A stretch of 61,363 bases of DNA, the filler included. It is 5 parts of 5 records of this genome, joined end to end, with 100 filler letters (N's around TTAATTAATTAA, not from the genome) between each part and the next. Parts side by side here need not be neighbours in the genome. Positions count along the whole stretch, not along the records: positions 31,746 to 55,257 come from SRR2962707_693; positions 55,358 to 61,363 come from SRR2962707_729; 3 more parts are not named here. The stretch is one strand, 5' to 3'. The translations under genes were made by a program, and so were the position numbers. The notes under the pieces were generated by a model. The model made no database searches, was not told the DNA's origin, and saw only the letters and a list, made by a program, of their open reading frames with translations. Positions 47,955 through 58,982 of the stretch are shown in pieces (the first letter of the stretch is position 1; every line of letters starts with the position of its first letter).

Positions 47955-49382
47955 TTAATCCTCCAGAACCCAAGTGTCTTTGGTTCCGCCGCCCTGACTA
48001 GAGTTCACAACAAGTGACCCTGGCTTTAAAGCCACGCGAGTCAAACCACCGGGCGTGATGTTTATTCCATTTGGCGAAACGAGCACAAATGGACGTAAAT
48101 CGACATGGCGCGGGCTTAGCCCTTTCTTCGTGAAGATAGGTACTGTCGACAAAGAAAGTGTCGGCTGCGCAATATAATTTTTAGCGTTTCTCTTTAGCTT
48201 TTTGGCAAAGTCAGCGAGCTCTCTTTTATTAGCCGCCGGTCCAACCAACATACCATAACCGCCTGAACCATGAACTTCTTTGACAACAAGGCTCGACAGA
48301 TTATCGAGCACATATTGCAATGAATCTGGCTCAGAACAACGCCACGTATCAACGTTTTTAAGGATCGCTTTTTCGCCCGTATAGAACTCAACGATATCCG
48401 GCATATAAGAGTAAATCGCCTTATCATCCGCAATGCCGGTGCCCGGCGCATTGGCGATTGTGATATTGCCCGCGCGATAAACATCCATAATGCCTGGAAC
48501 GCCCAGCATAGAATTTGGATTGAAGTTGAGCGGGTCTAAATAATCATCATCAATACGGCGATAAAGAACGTCAATGCGCTTATAGCCAAGCGTTGTGCGC
48601 ATCGCGACATGGCCGTCAACAACCTGCAAATCATGGCCTTCAACAAGCTCAACGCCCATCTGGTCGGCTAAGAATGAGTGCTCATAATAAGCCGAGTTAT
48701 GAATTCCGGGCGTGAGAACAGCAACAGTCGGTTTGCCAGCGCAAGAATGTGGCGCGCAGGCCGCAAGCGACATTTGCAAGTTCTTCGGATAATCTGAAAC
48801 CGGCAGAACTTTGTTTTTGCTAAACAGCTCTGGGAACATGTGCAGCATCGTCTCACGGTTCTCAAGCATGTAAGAAGAGCCAGACGGCGTGCGCGCATTG
48901 TCTTCAAGAACGAAGAAGTCATTTTCGCCCGTGCGCACAATATCTGTGCCCACAATATGGGTGTAAACATTGCCGGGCGGTGTCATGCCAACCATTTGCG
49001 GCAAGAAAGCATCGTTATTGGCAATCAACTCAATGGGAATGCGCCCAGCGCGCAAAATTTCCTGACGGTTATAAATATCATGAAGAAAGGCATTGATCGC
49101 GACAACGCGTTGCTCAATGCCTTTTGACAGACGTGTCCACTCACGGTTGGACATAATCCGCGGCACCAAATCAAACGGGATGAGGCGCTCTTGAGCAGCA
49201 TCTTCGCCATAGACATTGAACGTGATACCCGTGCGACGGAAAAACGCCTCAGCCTCTTTTGACTTTTTGGTGATGTCGGCAGGGTTCTCATTATCAAACC
49301 ACTGACCGTATGTTTCGTATGGTTTCCGGACGGCATCGCCGTCCAATAACATCTCGTCAAAATGCTTACGCTCTTGGTCCAT
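47955..49382 (-). CDS. Circularly permuted type-2 ATP-grasp peptide ligase
   Basis: FDEM, GITFNVY, ERLIPFDLVPR, LEDNARTPSG, NSAYYEH, LYRRIDD, GIADDK, GSGGYG, RHVDLRP and NSSQGGGTKDTWV. Start placed at ATG 49382. Confidence 0.93.
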   Translation of the reverse strand: MDQERKHFDEMLLDGDAVRKPYETYGQWFDNENPADITKKSKEAEAFFRRTGITFNVYGEDAAQERLIPFDLVPRIMSNREWTRLSKGIEQRVVAINAFLHDIYNRQEILRAGRIPIELIANNDAFLPQMVGMTPPGNVYTHIVGTDIVRTGENDFFVLEDNARTPSGSSYMLENRETMLHMFPELFSKNKVLPVSDYPKNLQMSLAACAPHSCAGKPTVAVLTPGIHNSAYYEHSFLADQMGVELVEGHDLQVVDGHVAMRTTLGYKRIDVLYRRIDDDYLDPLNFNPNSMLGVPGIMDVYRAGNITIANAPGTGIADDKAIYSYMPDIVEFYTGEKAILKNVDTWRCSEPDSLQYVLDNLSSLVVKEVHGSGGYGMLVGPAANKRELADFAKKLKRNAKNYIAQPTLSLSTVPIFTKKGLSPRHVDLRPFVLVSPNGINITPGGLTRVALKPGSLVVNSSQGGGTKDTWVLED

Positions 49383-49440
49383 ACCGATTACTGTAACCAG
49401 CTGTAAATAAAGCACAAGGGGGAATTTTAGCTAAATATCA

Positions 49441-49480
49441 CACGCCGCATTAAACCAAAGTTTATAGCTCATGCGGCGTG
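49441..49480. terminator. Inverted repeat downstream of gcvP
   Basis: CACGCCGCAT / ATGCGGCGTG perfect 10-bp arms with a 20-nt spacer. Confidence 0.5.
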
Positions 49481-49502
49481 CAATCAATCTGAGGGCTTTC
49501 TC

Positions 49503-52298
49503 TTACCCTACGGCATAATCCGCCATTGGAGGGCATGTGCACACCAAGTTTCGATCCCCATGAACATTGTCCACGCGGCCAACAGGTGCCCAATATTTCG
49601 TAGCAATATCAACGCCCTGCGGATAGGCAGCAAGTTTGCGCGAATAAGGATGCGCCCACTCATCTGCAATCAAAACCTCAGCGGTATGTGGCGCATTATG
49701 AAGCGGATTATCATCCTTCGGCCACACGCCGTTTTCGATCTGATTTGCCTCTTCAGCGATCGAAATCATCGCATTAATAAATCTGTCAATTTCTTTCAAA
49801 GGTTCAGATTCAGTTGGCTCCACCATCAATGTGCCTGCTACAGGCCACGACATCGTTGGCGCGTGGAAGCCATAATCGATCAAGCGCTTGGCTACATCAT
49901 CAACGCTCACATCCGCGCTGTCTTTGAGCACGCGCACATCGACAATACATTCATGGGCGCATTGACCATTTTTGCCCGTAAACAAAATCGGATAATGATC
50001 TTTCAAACGCGCAGCAATGTAGTTCGCGCTTAAAATAGCCACCTGACTGGCAACACGAAGACCATCGCCGCCAAGCATTCGAATATACATCCAAGAGATC
50101 GGAAAGATAGACGCAGAACCTTGCGGCGCGGCACTCACGGCGCCTTTGCTGCCGTCATATTCGTGACCCGGCAGATAAGGCACCAGATGGGCTGCAACGC
50201 CAATCGGGCCAATACCAGGACCACCACCGCCATGCGGAATACAAAATGTTTTATGCAAGTTCATATGGCAAACATCTGCGCCAATATCGCCCGGACGCGC
50301 AATGCCAACCATCGCATTGAGGTTTGCACCATCGAGGTAAACCTGCCCGCCATGCGCATGGATAATCTCGCAAATTTCAACAATGCGCTCTTCAAACACG
50401 CCATGAGTCGAAGGATAAGTAATCATGAGCGCCGCAAGATTTGCGCTGTGCTGCTCTACTTTTTCTTTCAAATCACGAAGCGACACGTCGCCTTCGTCAT
50501 TACATTTGACAACCACAACCTGATAATCGGCCATCTGCGCAGAAGCTGGGTTTGTGCCATGTGCCGAAGACGGAATAAGACAAATATTGCGGTGGCCCTG
50601 ACCATTGGCCTCGTGATAGGCGCGGATCGTGAGCAAGCCTGCAAATTCGCCTTGGCTGCCGGCATTGGGCTGCATCGTGCATTTAGCAAAGCCGGTAATT
50701 TCAGAAAGCCAATTATCCAGATCATCAATGATCGCTTGATAGCCAATTAAATGTGAAGCGGGTGCAAAGGGATGAATATTGCCAACATTTTCCCATGTTA
50801 CCGGCATCATCTCTGCGGCGGCATTGAGCTTCATGGTGCATGAACCCAGCGGGATCATCGCGCGGTCTAGCGCCAAATCCTTATCCATCAATTTACGCAG
50901 CAGACGCATCATGTCGGTTTCGCTTCGGCATGAGTGGAATATTTCTTGGCTCAGAAAATGGCTAACATCGCGTGCGCTTGGCAGCGCCGGTTCAGCGGCA
51001 ATCGCCAGATCAGCACCAAAAAGTGCACATAGAGCCGCCAGATCTGCCTCAGTCGAGGTCTCATCAAACGCCACCGAAATCGTGTCGCCATCTATCACCC
51101 GCAGCAAAATATCCTGCGCCAGTGCGGCATCGCAAATGGCGTCAGCACCGCCAGCAACATTGACAGTAATCGTATCGAAGAAGTGGTCGGCCACATCAAA
51201 GCCTTTGGCTTCAAGTGACTTTGCAAAACGCGCGGCAAACCCGTGAACACGCATCGCAATGTCATAAAGGCCCTTTGGTCCATGCCAAATCGCATAGGCA
51301 GCAGCCATATTGGCAAGCAACGCTTGAGCGGTACAAATATTGGATGTCGCCTTTTCGCGGCGAATATGTTGCTCGCGTGTTTGCAAGGCAAGTCGGTAAG
51401 CGGGCCTTCCCTGAGCATCTATAGACTGGCCAATAATGCGGCCCGGCACCATGCGCGTCAGCGCTTCAGTCACAGCCATATAGGCAGCATGGGGACCACC
51501 ATTGCCCATCGGCACGCCAAAGCGCTGCATCGAACCAACACAAATATCTGCGCCCCAAGTCGCTGGTGTATCAAGCACAACGAGTGACAATGGATCGGCA
51601 GACACGATCACTAATGCGCCCGCTTCTTTGGCTTTTGCGACGATTGAAGTTGGATCAGACAACACACCTTTGGTGTCTGGCAATTGCAAAATAACAGCGG
51701 CAACATCGCCGTCGATGTCTCCCATATCAATGGAATAGTCCGCCGCGCCTGCGCGGGTGTTGAGCACATCAAGCGTTTGCGGATGCACCTCATTCGCAAC
51801 CACGATGCGGCTCTTCTTGCCCCTAAAGTGACGGAACGCCAGACCCGCAGCTTCAGCAACAGCGGTCGCCTCGTCCAGCAACGATGCATTGGCAATCGGC
51901 AGGCCGGTTAGTTCTGAAACCAGCGTTTGGAAATGAAACAACATTTCCAAACGGCCTTGCGAAATTTCAGGCTGATAAGGCGTATAGCTCGTGTACCAAC
52001 CTGGATTTTCAAGCATGTTGCGCTGAATAACCGGCGGAAGGAATGTGCCGTGATAGCCTTGGCCAATCATCGCTTTGGCAATTTTGTTTTTGCCCAGCTT
52101 CTCGGCAATCTCAGCCAACGCTGCTTCTTCACTCACGCCGTCTGGCACATTAAGAGCGCCCTTCATGCGGATATTTTCAGGCACTGTTTGCCCAATAAGA
52201 GCATCCAAAGACGTCATGCTCAACTTATTGAGCATATGACGTTGGTCGGCATCGCTTGGTCCAATGTGGCGCGCAAGAAAGGGAGAAAAAGTCGACAT
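49503..52298 (-). CDS. gcvP: Glycine dehydrogenase (glycine cleavage P protein)
   Basis: [48 protein letters not shown] and the PLP site [18 protein letters not shown]. Confidence 0.97.
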   Translation of the reverse strand: MSTFSPFLARHIGPSDADQRHMLNKLSMTSLDALIGQTVPENIRMKGALNVPDGVSEEAALAEIAEKLGKNKIAKAMIGQGYHGTFLPPVIQRNMLENPGWYTSYTPYQPEISQGRLEMLFHFQTLVSELTGLPIANASLLDEATAVAEAAGLAFRHFRGKKSRIVVANEVHPQTLDVLNTRAGAADYSIDMGDIDGDVAAVILQLPDTKGVLSDPTSIVAKAKEAGALVIVSADPLSLVVLDTPATWGADICVGSMQRFGVPMGNGGPHAAYMAVTEALTRMVPGRIIGQSIDAQGRPAYRLALQTREQHIRREKATSNICTAQALLANMAAAYAIWHGPKGLYDIAMRVHGFAARFAKSLEAKGFDVADHFFDTITVNVAGGADAICDAALAQDILLRVIDGDTISVAFDETSTEADLAALCALFGADLAIAAEPALPSARDVSHFLSQEIFHSCRSETDMMRLLRKLMDKDLALDRAMIPLGSCTMKLNAAAEMMPVTWENVGNIHPFAPASHLIGYQAIIDDLDNWLSEITGFAKCTMQPNAGSQGEFAGLLTIRAYHEANGQGHRNICLIPSSAHGTNPASAQMADYQVVVVKCNDEGDVSLRDLKEKVEQHSANLAALMITYPSTHGVFEERIVEICEIIHAHGGQVYLDGANLNAMVGIARPGDIGADVCHMNLHKTFCIPHGGGGPGIGPIGVAAHLVPYLPGHEYDGSKGAVSAAPQGSASIFPISWMYIRMLGGDGLRVASQVAILSANYIAARLKDHYPILFTGKNGQCAHECIVDVRVLKDSADVSVDDVAKRLIDYGFHAPTMSWPVAGTLMVEPTESEPLKEIDRFINAMISIAEEANQIENGVWPKDDNPLHNAPHTAEVLIADEWAHPYSRKLAAYPQGVDIATKYWAPVGRVDNVHGDRNLVCTCPPMADYAVG

Positions 52299-52393
52299 AA
52301 TTTCGTTCCGATTATTAAGGGCGTTGGTAGAAAAGCCAAATGGCTTTTCCGTTCAAACGCGACAAAACAAAGATTTGAGCTAACTAAAACCGC

Positions 52394-52762
52394 TTAGCTG
52401 ATGAGCGCTTTATAGGCTTCAGCATCCATAAGCGCTGAAACTTCGCTTGGATCAGAAAGCTTCATCTTATAAAGCCAGCCCTCGCTTTCAGCGCTGCTCG
52501 TCACCAATGATGGATCGCTTGTCAGCACATCATTAACGGCAACCACTTCGCCGCTCACTGGCGCGTAAACATCTGACGCAACTTTCACCGATTCAACAAC
52601 AACGCCGTCATCGCCCTTGGCCAAACTCGTACCAATTTCTGGCAGTTCAACAAACACAAGATCGCCCAATTGTTCGCTTGCATAATTGGTAATACCAACC
52701 GTTGCGACATCGCCGTCTACAGTTAGCCATTCATGTTCGTCCGTATAATAAGTCGTGCTCAT
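52394..52762 (-). CDS. gcvH: Glycine cleavage H protein
   Basis: [26 protein letters not shown] and lipoyl-Lys in [13 protein letters not shown]. Confidence 0.96.
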   Translation of the reverse strand: MSTTYYTDEHEWLTVDGDVATVGITNYASEQLGDLVFVELPEIGTSLAKGDDGVVVESVKVASDVYAPVSGEVVAVNDVLTSDPSLVTSSAESEGWLYKMKLSDPSEVSALMDAEAYKALIS

Positions 52763-52773
52763 AGTCTGCCTTT

Positions 52774-53850
52774 CTAGCGCTTGTAGGAATGAGGGACAAA
52801 GGGAGGTTTGACCCGTTTCATTGGAATTTTCTTGCCGCGCATGTCCGCGAAAATATCGCCGTCAGCGGCGCTAACATCAACAAGACCAAGCGCCATTGGC
52901 GCTTCCAGTGATGGGCCAAAACCGCCCGATGTCACAACACCGATCTTGTTGCCATTTGCATCTTCAAGCTCAACGCCGCCGCGCACGGGACGACCTTCCG
53001 GCAATAGGCCAACACGCATACGCGTTCTGCCCGCCTCAATCTTTTTGGCCAAAGCGGCCGCACCTATATAAGGCCCAGCTTCCCGCAAATCTTTTGCGAT
53101 AGCCCACAACAGTCCGGCTTCATGCGGTGTAATTTCTTCACTCAAGTCTTGACCGTAAAGCGGCAATCCTGCCTCTAGGCGCAATGAATCGCGAGCGCCA
53201 AGACCTATCCACTGAACCTGCTCATCGCTCAAAAGTTTTGTGGCAAATTCCGCGCACTCATCTTCCGGCATGGCAATTTCAAAACCATCTTCACCCGTAT
53301 AGCCAGTACGTGAAACGAACCAGCCTTGCTTAGGCTCTGTGCCTGTCATGAACGCCATCGCGCTCACATCAAAATGATTAGATAAAACCTTCACTCCATC
53401 AGGCCCTTGCAACGCTAAGAACCCGCGCGGGATTACCGTAACATCAACATCAAAGCCACCGGCAACGCTTTGCGTATGCTCGATGTCTTTTTGCGCACAG
53501 CCCGCATTGGCAACAATCAAATAGCGCTGCGTATCAAGCCGCGTCACGATCAGATCGTCTTTAATGCCTGCTTCTTCATTGAGGAAAAATGTGTAGCGCG
53601 CCTGACCAATAATTTGCGAAGCCGCATCATAAGGGCAAAGCCGCGCGATAAGCTTAGCTGCTTCTGCGCCAGAAACCTCAATATGAACCATATGAGAGAT
53701 GTCAAAAAGACCGGCAGATTTGCGCGTATGCAAATGTTCTTTCATCACGCCAAGCGGATAGAACAGCGGCATATCATAGCCTGCAAATTCACCCATTTTG
53801 GCACCGGCATCTAAATGCATTTGGTGAAGTGGAGTTTTTTTCAAGACCAA
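52774..53850 (-). CDS. gcvT: Aminomethyltransferase (glycine cleavage T protein)
   Basis: [33 protein letters not shown] and [16 protein letters not shown] start at 53850 or 53844. Confidence 0.95.
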   Translation of the reverse strand: MVLKKTPLHQMHLDAGAKMGEFAGYDMPLFYPLGVMKEHLHTRKSAGLFDISHMVHIEVSGAEAAKLIARLCPYDAASQIIGQARYTFFLNEEAGIKDDLIVTRLDTQRYLIVANAGCAQKDIEHTQSVAGGFDVDVTVIPRGFLALQGPDGVKVLSNHFDVSAMAFMTGTEPKQGWFVSRTGYTGEDGFEIAMPEDECAEFATKLLSDEQVQWIGLGARDSLRLEAGLPLYGQDLSEEITPHEAGLLWAIAKDLREAGPYIGAAALAKKIEAGRTRMRVGLLPEGRPVRGGVELEDANGNKIGVVTSGGFGPSLEAPMALGLVDVSAADGDIFADMRGKKIPMKRVKPPFVPHSYKR

Positions 53851-53890
53851 TTCCAGACAATTTGAGGCACAGATCCGCGACTGCAGAACT

Positions 53891-54100
53891 GCCCCCTCTG
53901 TCTTTGGCCTGAGAGACTCGTCCTCACGATAGATGCGAGAACTTACACCGTCGGCGCAGGTCTGTGGACCTGACTTTCCAGAGCGTTCCAGATCTTGCGA
54001 TCTACCATCAGCGGTCCTTTTGCCTGAGAGATTTCGGGTATTTCACCTTCGGCGGCAACCTTGCGGCTGCACTCTCCCACTGAATGGCCTAGACGAATCC
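53891..54100 (-). ncRNA. Tandem glycine riboswitch upstream of gcvTHP
   Basis: Aptamer 1 (~54087-54005): GGGAGAG..GCCGAAGGTGAAA..CTCTCAGGCAAAAGGACC. Aptamer 2 (~53984-53891): CTCTGGAAAG..CGCCGACGGTGTAAG..CTCTCAGGCCAAAGACAGAGGGGG. Confidence 0.95.
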
Positions 54101-54226
54101 AGACAACTAAATGTCGTATACAGGCGATCCCAATTCTTGTCACGCCAGATTCTGCGTTTCCAACAGCGAAAACGGGCGCTGAACCATGTCCAGCGCCCGT
54201 TACGTAACCAATTAATTGGTAATCGC

Positions 54227-55255
54227 TTATTTTGTAATGATTTCCGGCCCCATCATCGTGGTTGGAAGCCATGTCGAGATAATCGGCACATAAGTGACGA
54301 GCAGCAAGAACACGAACATGATCCCAACCCATGGTGCTGCGGCTTTCACCACATTAATCACCGACATTTGCGCCACACCGGCGGTCACGAAGAGGTTGAG
54401 CCCCACCGGCGGCGTAATCATCCCAATTTCCATGTTCACAACCATGATGATGCCTAAGTGAATTGGGTCAATACCAAGCTCAATCGCAATCGGGAACACC
54501 AACGGTGCAACGATAACCAACAAGCCTGACGGCTCCATAAACTGGCCGCCGATCAGCAAGATCACATTGACCACAACAAGGAACATGATCGGACCAAGTC
54601 CTGCAGAAAGCATAGCCTGCGTAATGGCCTGCGGTATCTGCTCATCGGTCAGCACATGTTTCAAGATCAACGCATTGGCGATGATGAACATGAGCATGAT
54701 CGTCAGCTTGCCCGCTTCAAACAGCGCCTGCTCCGTATCTTTATGGAAAAACGCGGTGACAAGCGCCATTGGCTTCTGCAGCAAATTCAAATTCTTTTGA
54801 CCTTCTTCTTGCTTGAGCGGCCCCATATCGCGGTAGACAAAATTGGCAACAATAAAAGCATAAACCGCAGCAACCGCAGCTGCTTCTGTCGGCGTGAATA
54901 TGCCGCCATAAATGCCGCCAAGGATGATGATGATAAGGAATAGACCCCAAAAAGCTTCACGCCCCGCCGACATTATTTCGCCAATACCCGCAAATGGCTG
55001 TGATGGCAGACCTTTAAACTTTGCATAAATATATATGCCGAGCATCAACATGAAACCCGCAATCAAACCCGGGAACACGCCGGCCAAGAACATGCGGCCA
55101 ACCGATACGTCTGTCGCAGACGCATAAACAACCATGACGATTGAAGGCGGAATTAGAATACCAAGCGTACCTGCATTACAAATAATACCAGCCGCAAACT
55201 CCTTAGTGTATCCCACTTCACGCATACCCGCGATGACGATGGAGCCGATGGCAAC
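54227..55255 (-). CDS. dctM: TRAP transporter large permease (C4-dicarboxylate DctM type), 5'-truncated
   Basis: AGTLGILIPPSI, SVGRMFLAG, GIYGGIFTPTEAA, LGIDPIHLG and GMITPPVGLNLFV. Confidence 0.92.
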   Translation of the reverse strand, partial: VAIGSIVIAGMREVGYTKEFAAGIICNAGTLGILIPPSIVMVVYASATDVSVGRMFLAGVFPGLIAGFMLMLGIYIYAKFKGLPSQPFAGIGEIMSAGREAFWGLFLIIIILGGIYGGIFTPTEAAAVAAVYAFIVANFVYRDMGPLKQEEGQKNLNLLQKPMALVTAFFHKDTEQALFEAGKLTIMLMFIIANALILKHVLTDEQIPQAITQAMLSAGLGPIMFLVVVNVILLIGGQFMEPSGLLVIVAPLVFPIAIELGIDPIHLGIIMVVNMEIGMITPPVGLNLFVTAGVAQMSVINVVKAAAPWVGIMFVFLLLVTYVPIISTWLPTTMMGPEIITK

Positions 55256-55257
55256 AA

Positions 55258-55357
55258 NNNNNNNNNNNNNNNNNNNNNNNNNNNNNNNNNNNNNNNNNNN
55301 NTTAATTAATTAANNNNNNNNNNNNNNNNNNNNNNNNNNNNNNNNNNNNNNNNNNNN
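55258..55357. other. Artificial contig linker 4
   Basis: 44 N + TTAATTAATTAA + 44 N. Confidence 0.99.
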
Positions 55358-55358
55358 T

Positions 55359-58300
55359 GGTGCTGGTGCTGGTGCTGGTGCTGGGACCGGTGGTCGTTCA
55401 GTGGGGCCCGGAGCTGGCGCTTTGACTGAGCCTAGCAATAGCCACTCACCGCCATTGGACCGCTTTGATCCAGAAACCGCGCAAGTGTTGGCACATTTGC
55501 GTGAAAGAAAAGCAACGGCCATTCGTCTCGAAGACTATGACGAGTGCAAGCGATTGAGACATGCTGAGTCGTTGGTCGAGCGCGCGGGAGGCGCACTGGC
55601 ACAGCTTGAAGCGCAGAAGATAGCTGCAGTGCGGGCGGAAGACTATGGGGCTGCAAAAGATCTGAAAACCCGCGTCTCCCTCCTTCGGCAGGGCATGCTC
55701 CAGGATCTGGATTCAATTCTGAATGGACAGGGAGAGGTGGGATCAAGTAGGCCAACGATGCCGCCCATGCCGCCAAGCGAGCAGCACAATAGTCGCGCGG
55801 AAAGCGAACGAGCAGGGGCTTCCAACCACCTGTCGCGTGGAACGAGGGGGGCGGTTTCGCCGGATCCCCGTGGGCCGGGAGACACTGGCGGCCTCTCAAG
55901 TCATGGGAGTCCAGAGGGGCCGCAAAGGCAGGGGCGGGCCCTCGAAGTTTCTGGCCCAACGCTTAGTAATAGTCAAGTGGTGCATGAGGATGGAGATAAC
56001 ATTCAGCAGTCACGGCCCCTGCTTCCGGTTCCAGAACTGCCCAAGGCGAGAAACGGCCACCCAATCGAAGAGCGGCCGCTCCCAGGGACTGGGACATACG
56101 ATCGCGACACGGCCAACCCATTTGGAACTGGAGCTTCTTCATCAGAAACTCCAAATGCGTTACGTCGTCCACAAGAACATTTCCCCCCCGCAAAGGCATT
56201 GGGCCAAGCTCCCGCAGCAAGGCCAAGCTCACAGCGCGGAAGTACGGCCATGGACAATGACAATAACAACAGAAAGTCGACTGAACCTGATGTGAAATTA
56301 ATCGGCTCCATTGGGCGCGAGCACCCCCTCTTCGGCACACCTGGTGTTGATAAGCTACCAGAGCCGAAATCACTGAACGCTGCAGATCGAGAAGCAATGG
56401 TGGATGTGATAACGTGTTTCGGACCGTACTTGACTCGCTGCTTTCGAGACAAGACATCATGGGGCCTCCGTGTCGCGGCACTGGGGAAAATGCGAGAGGC
56501 GTTGCTTCGGCAGACCGAAATACACCCATCCCTTGTTGCTGCTTTGAAAAAAATCTTCCACGCCACGGTCAATGACTCAGTCGTTCATGTGTTCATGGCG
56601 TCTATTGACTTCGCCAATGCTGTTCTCGACGAAGGTGCGAAACACTTAGTCTACAATGTCGCTGGTCGTCAACTGTTTGCTTTAGACTTTGCATTTGCTC
56701 ATGCTTGGATGCGTGTTGCTTGCGTGTGTGGGGTGCGACTGCTTGTACACAGGTCCAACTCTGTCGCAGAGTCAGCTGCGTTCAGCCCTTGGTGAATTTG
56801 CATCACATTTGCTGGCTAAGCGAGCTGGGGACAACAACAGTCGATGTGCCTCCAGCGCCCTGGACACTTTAAAACTGATGACAGAACATGCGGTACTTGG
56901 GCCAACGTACATTCCAGGGCTTGCTCTGGGAATGCGTTTGAAGCCACGTGCACCAAAGAAGCACGTGCTGGCTCGCCTGTCATACTTGGAATGGCTGCTT
57001 CGCCATGGCGATTTCAAGGCAGCCTGTGGCGGAGGCGCAAATGGCTTCCCAGGTGACTTTGTGGTATTTGTGTGCCGAAACAACCTCGTCACGCACGCGG
57101 ACAAGGCTGTGCGTCAGGGGTCGAAACAGCTTCTTGTTGACGTTGCAGAACGTGCGGGAAGTGCGGCAATAGAACAATATCTAACCAACCTTCCCAAAAA
57201 GGCACGCGCTGACCTTGAACGACGCTTCCAGGAAGCTGGTGTTGGTCCCGAAGCATCTCCGAGTCAGCTTCGACAGCCGCCAACAAAGCCACAAGGCAGG
57301 AAGAAGAATACTCGAAGCGATGCCAACAAAGATGTCGCCGACAGCCAGGATGCTGCTCACCCACAGCCTTTGAAGACGGCTGCGTTTTCGTCTCGTTCGC
57401 AGCCTTCGCGACAGCCTGAGGATGGCGAGGACGGTCAGCAGCACCCAGCACTTCACCAGAGTCGTGTGCAAAGTGGTGCAGATCGCGTCGATGCAGCCAT
57501 TCGAGCTGCAGTTCAGTTGGAACGACAGACTCAGGGCCCCACTCGCTCCCGCAATCGTGATGCTGGTGACGAAGAAGATGTTGCTGGATTGGAGAGTGAC
57601 CACATGGACGAGTATTCGGAACCAGACAGACCGTCTGACCGTGGGACTGGGCGAAGGGAGGGCGGCCGACTTGAGCCCCCTTCCTTTGATGACACTGGTC
57701 CGCTCGAGGAGGATATCGGCGAATGGCGCGAGGCCTACAACAATACGGGGGCTGATCCAATGGATGACTTCGACGATGAAGATTCTGTGGAGAAGCCCTT
57801 TACCTGCACTTTCTGTCTCCGACACGACCCGTCGTTCACGCCAGAAGAGTTGGACCATCACTATTGGGCATCGTGTCCAATGTTGCTGGTAAGCACATCG
57901 CATTTGCATTGAGGACTTGGAATGCTCGGCAGGAGTATGGTGGCGGCCTTGTACTTTTTTTTCATTCTCAATCCACTATTTGGATAGTTCCTTCATCTGC
58001 TTCTGGCAACTGCTGCCGTTTTGTGCAGGCCTGCCCGTTCTGTGAAAATATTATCGAGGTTGCTGATCTCGAAGACCATATTCGTGAAGATGAATGCGAA
58101 AATGCCAAGGTTGGAGTGGAATTTGATCCCCGTGCTTGAAATGCAAACAGTGTCCGCTGTTTTACACCGGTTTTTCATGCTCAAGTTTTGTCTTTACGCT
58201 GGCAGGCGACAGTTGAGTGCGACGAATGTCGATTTTTCATTTGGAGTGATTCCGTCGAAGAGCACCATCGAAATGGTTGCCCCGGAGCTGCGCGGCGTCC

Positions 58301-58528
58301 AGGTGACCATTTTAGGTTCGTGGTTGAATGGGAGACTCGTTTTGCAAGCTTGGGTCCATTGGGTGTGTTTCTTGGGAAGTTTCACCGGCACACCGGCTTC
58401 TTGCGCGCAGGTGTCCTCTTTGCTTTGAGGAGTTTCCGCAAGGTTCGACGGACCAGAACTGGCAAGCTTGGCACCACCATTTACATCAATGTCGGGCCAA
58501 TACGCGTCTTCGACCCGTGCAGCAGTGA
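55359..58528 (+). CDS. CEP104: CEP104/FAP256-like ciliary-tip protein, 5'-truncated; inferred introns 56635-56752, 57889-58028, 58110-58205, 58316-58410
   Basis: Paired coiled-coil repeats (KATAIRLEDYDECKRL / KIAAVRAEDYGAAKDLK), TOG-like region (LPEPKSL..SWGLRVAAL) and four C-terminal Zn fingers (CTFC..HYWASC, CPFC..H..C, CDEC..H..C, RCPLC..H..C), in the CEP104 order. Confidence 0.85.
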
Positions 58529-58982
58529 TTTGCATAAACGGAATATTATATTTGGGCATTCTCTGGACTGACGTACTTCTTTGCGACGACAGAAATAACT
58601 GTTGGGTCGTTGTTGTCGCCAGTGTGTTTCGTCATTTTGGTGCATAAGATCCCTGTTTTTGAAGCTGCCCTGAGATTATGGTCGAGTCTTGAGGGGCACG
58701 TTTTCAAAGCAAAGAGCTCGCACGGAAGACCCGGAGGCTCACTGTTAACGCCACACGCCCGCCAGAACAATTTTAATAACATGTCGTGTAAACACCCCAG
58801 AATTGTGGATGTTGGTACATTTTTTCATTTTTCATTTTTTTTTTGTTATTTTTTTTATTTGAAGCAACGATAGATGATGCGCGAGTGCCTCTTTTTCACA
58901 GGTTTGCAGCAACGAGTGTATTGTTTGTTGTTTGAGGATGAGAAATTCCTTTCGTCGCATTTCTCACACAGAACCTGTTTGC

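Noticed and set aside
49383-49502. Sigma54/NtrC control of the Anbu operon
   Set aside because: I could not find a correctly spaced TGGCAC-N5-TTGC element upstream.
53933-54457. ORFs overlapping the gcvT leader (53933-54457 +, 53943-54332 -)
   Set aside because: The region is explained by the tandem glycine riboswitch and the 3' end of dctM.
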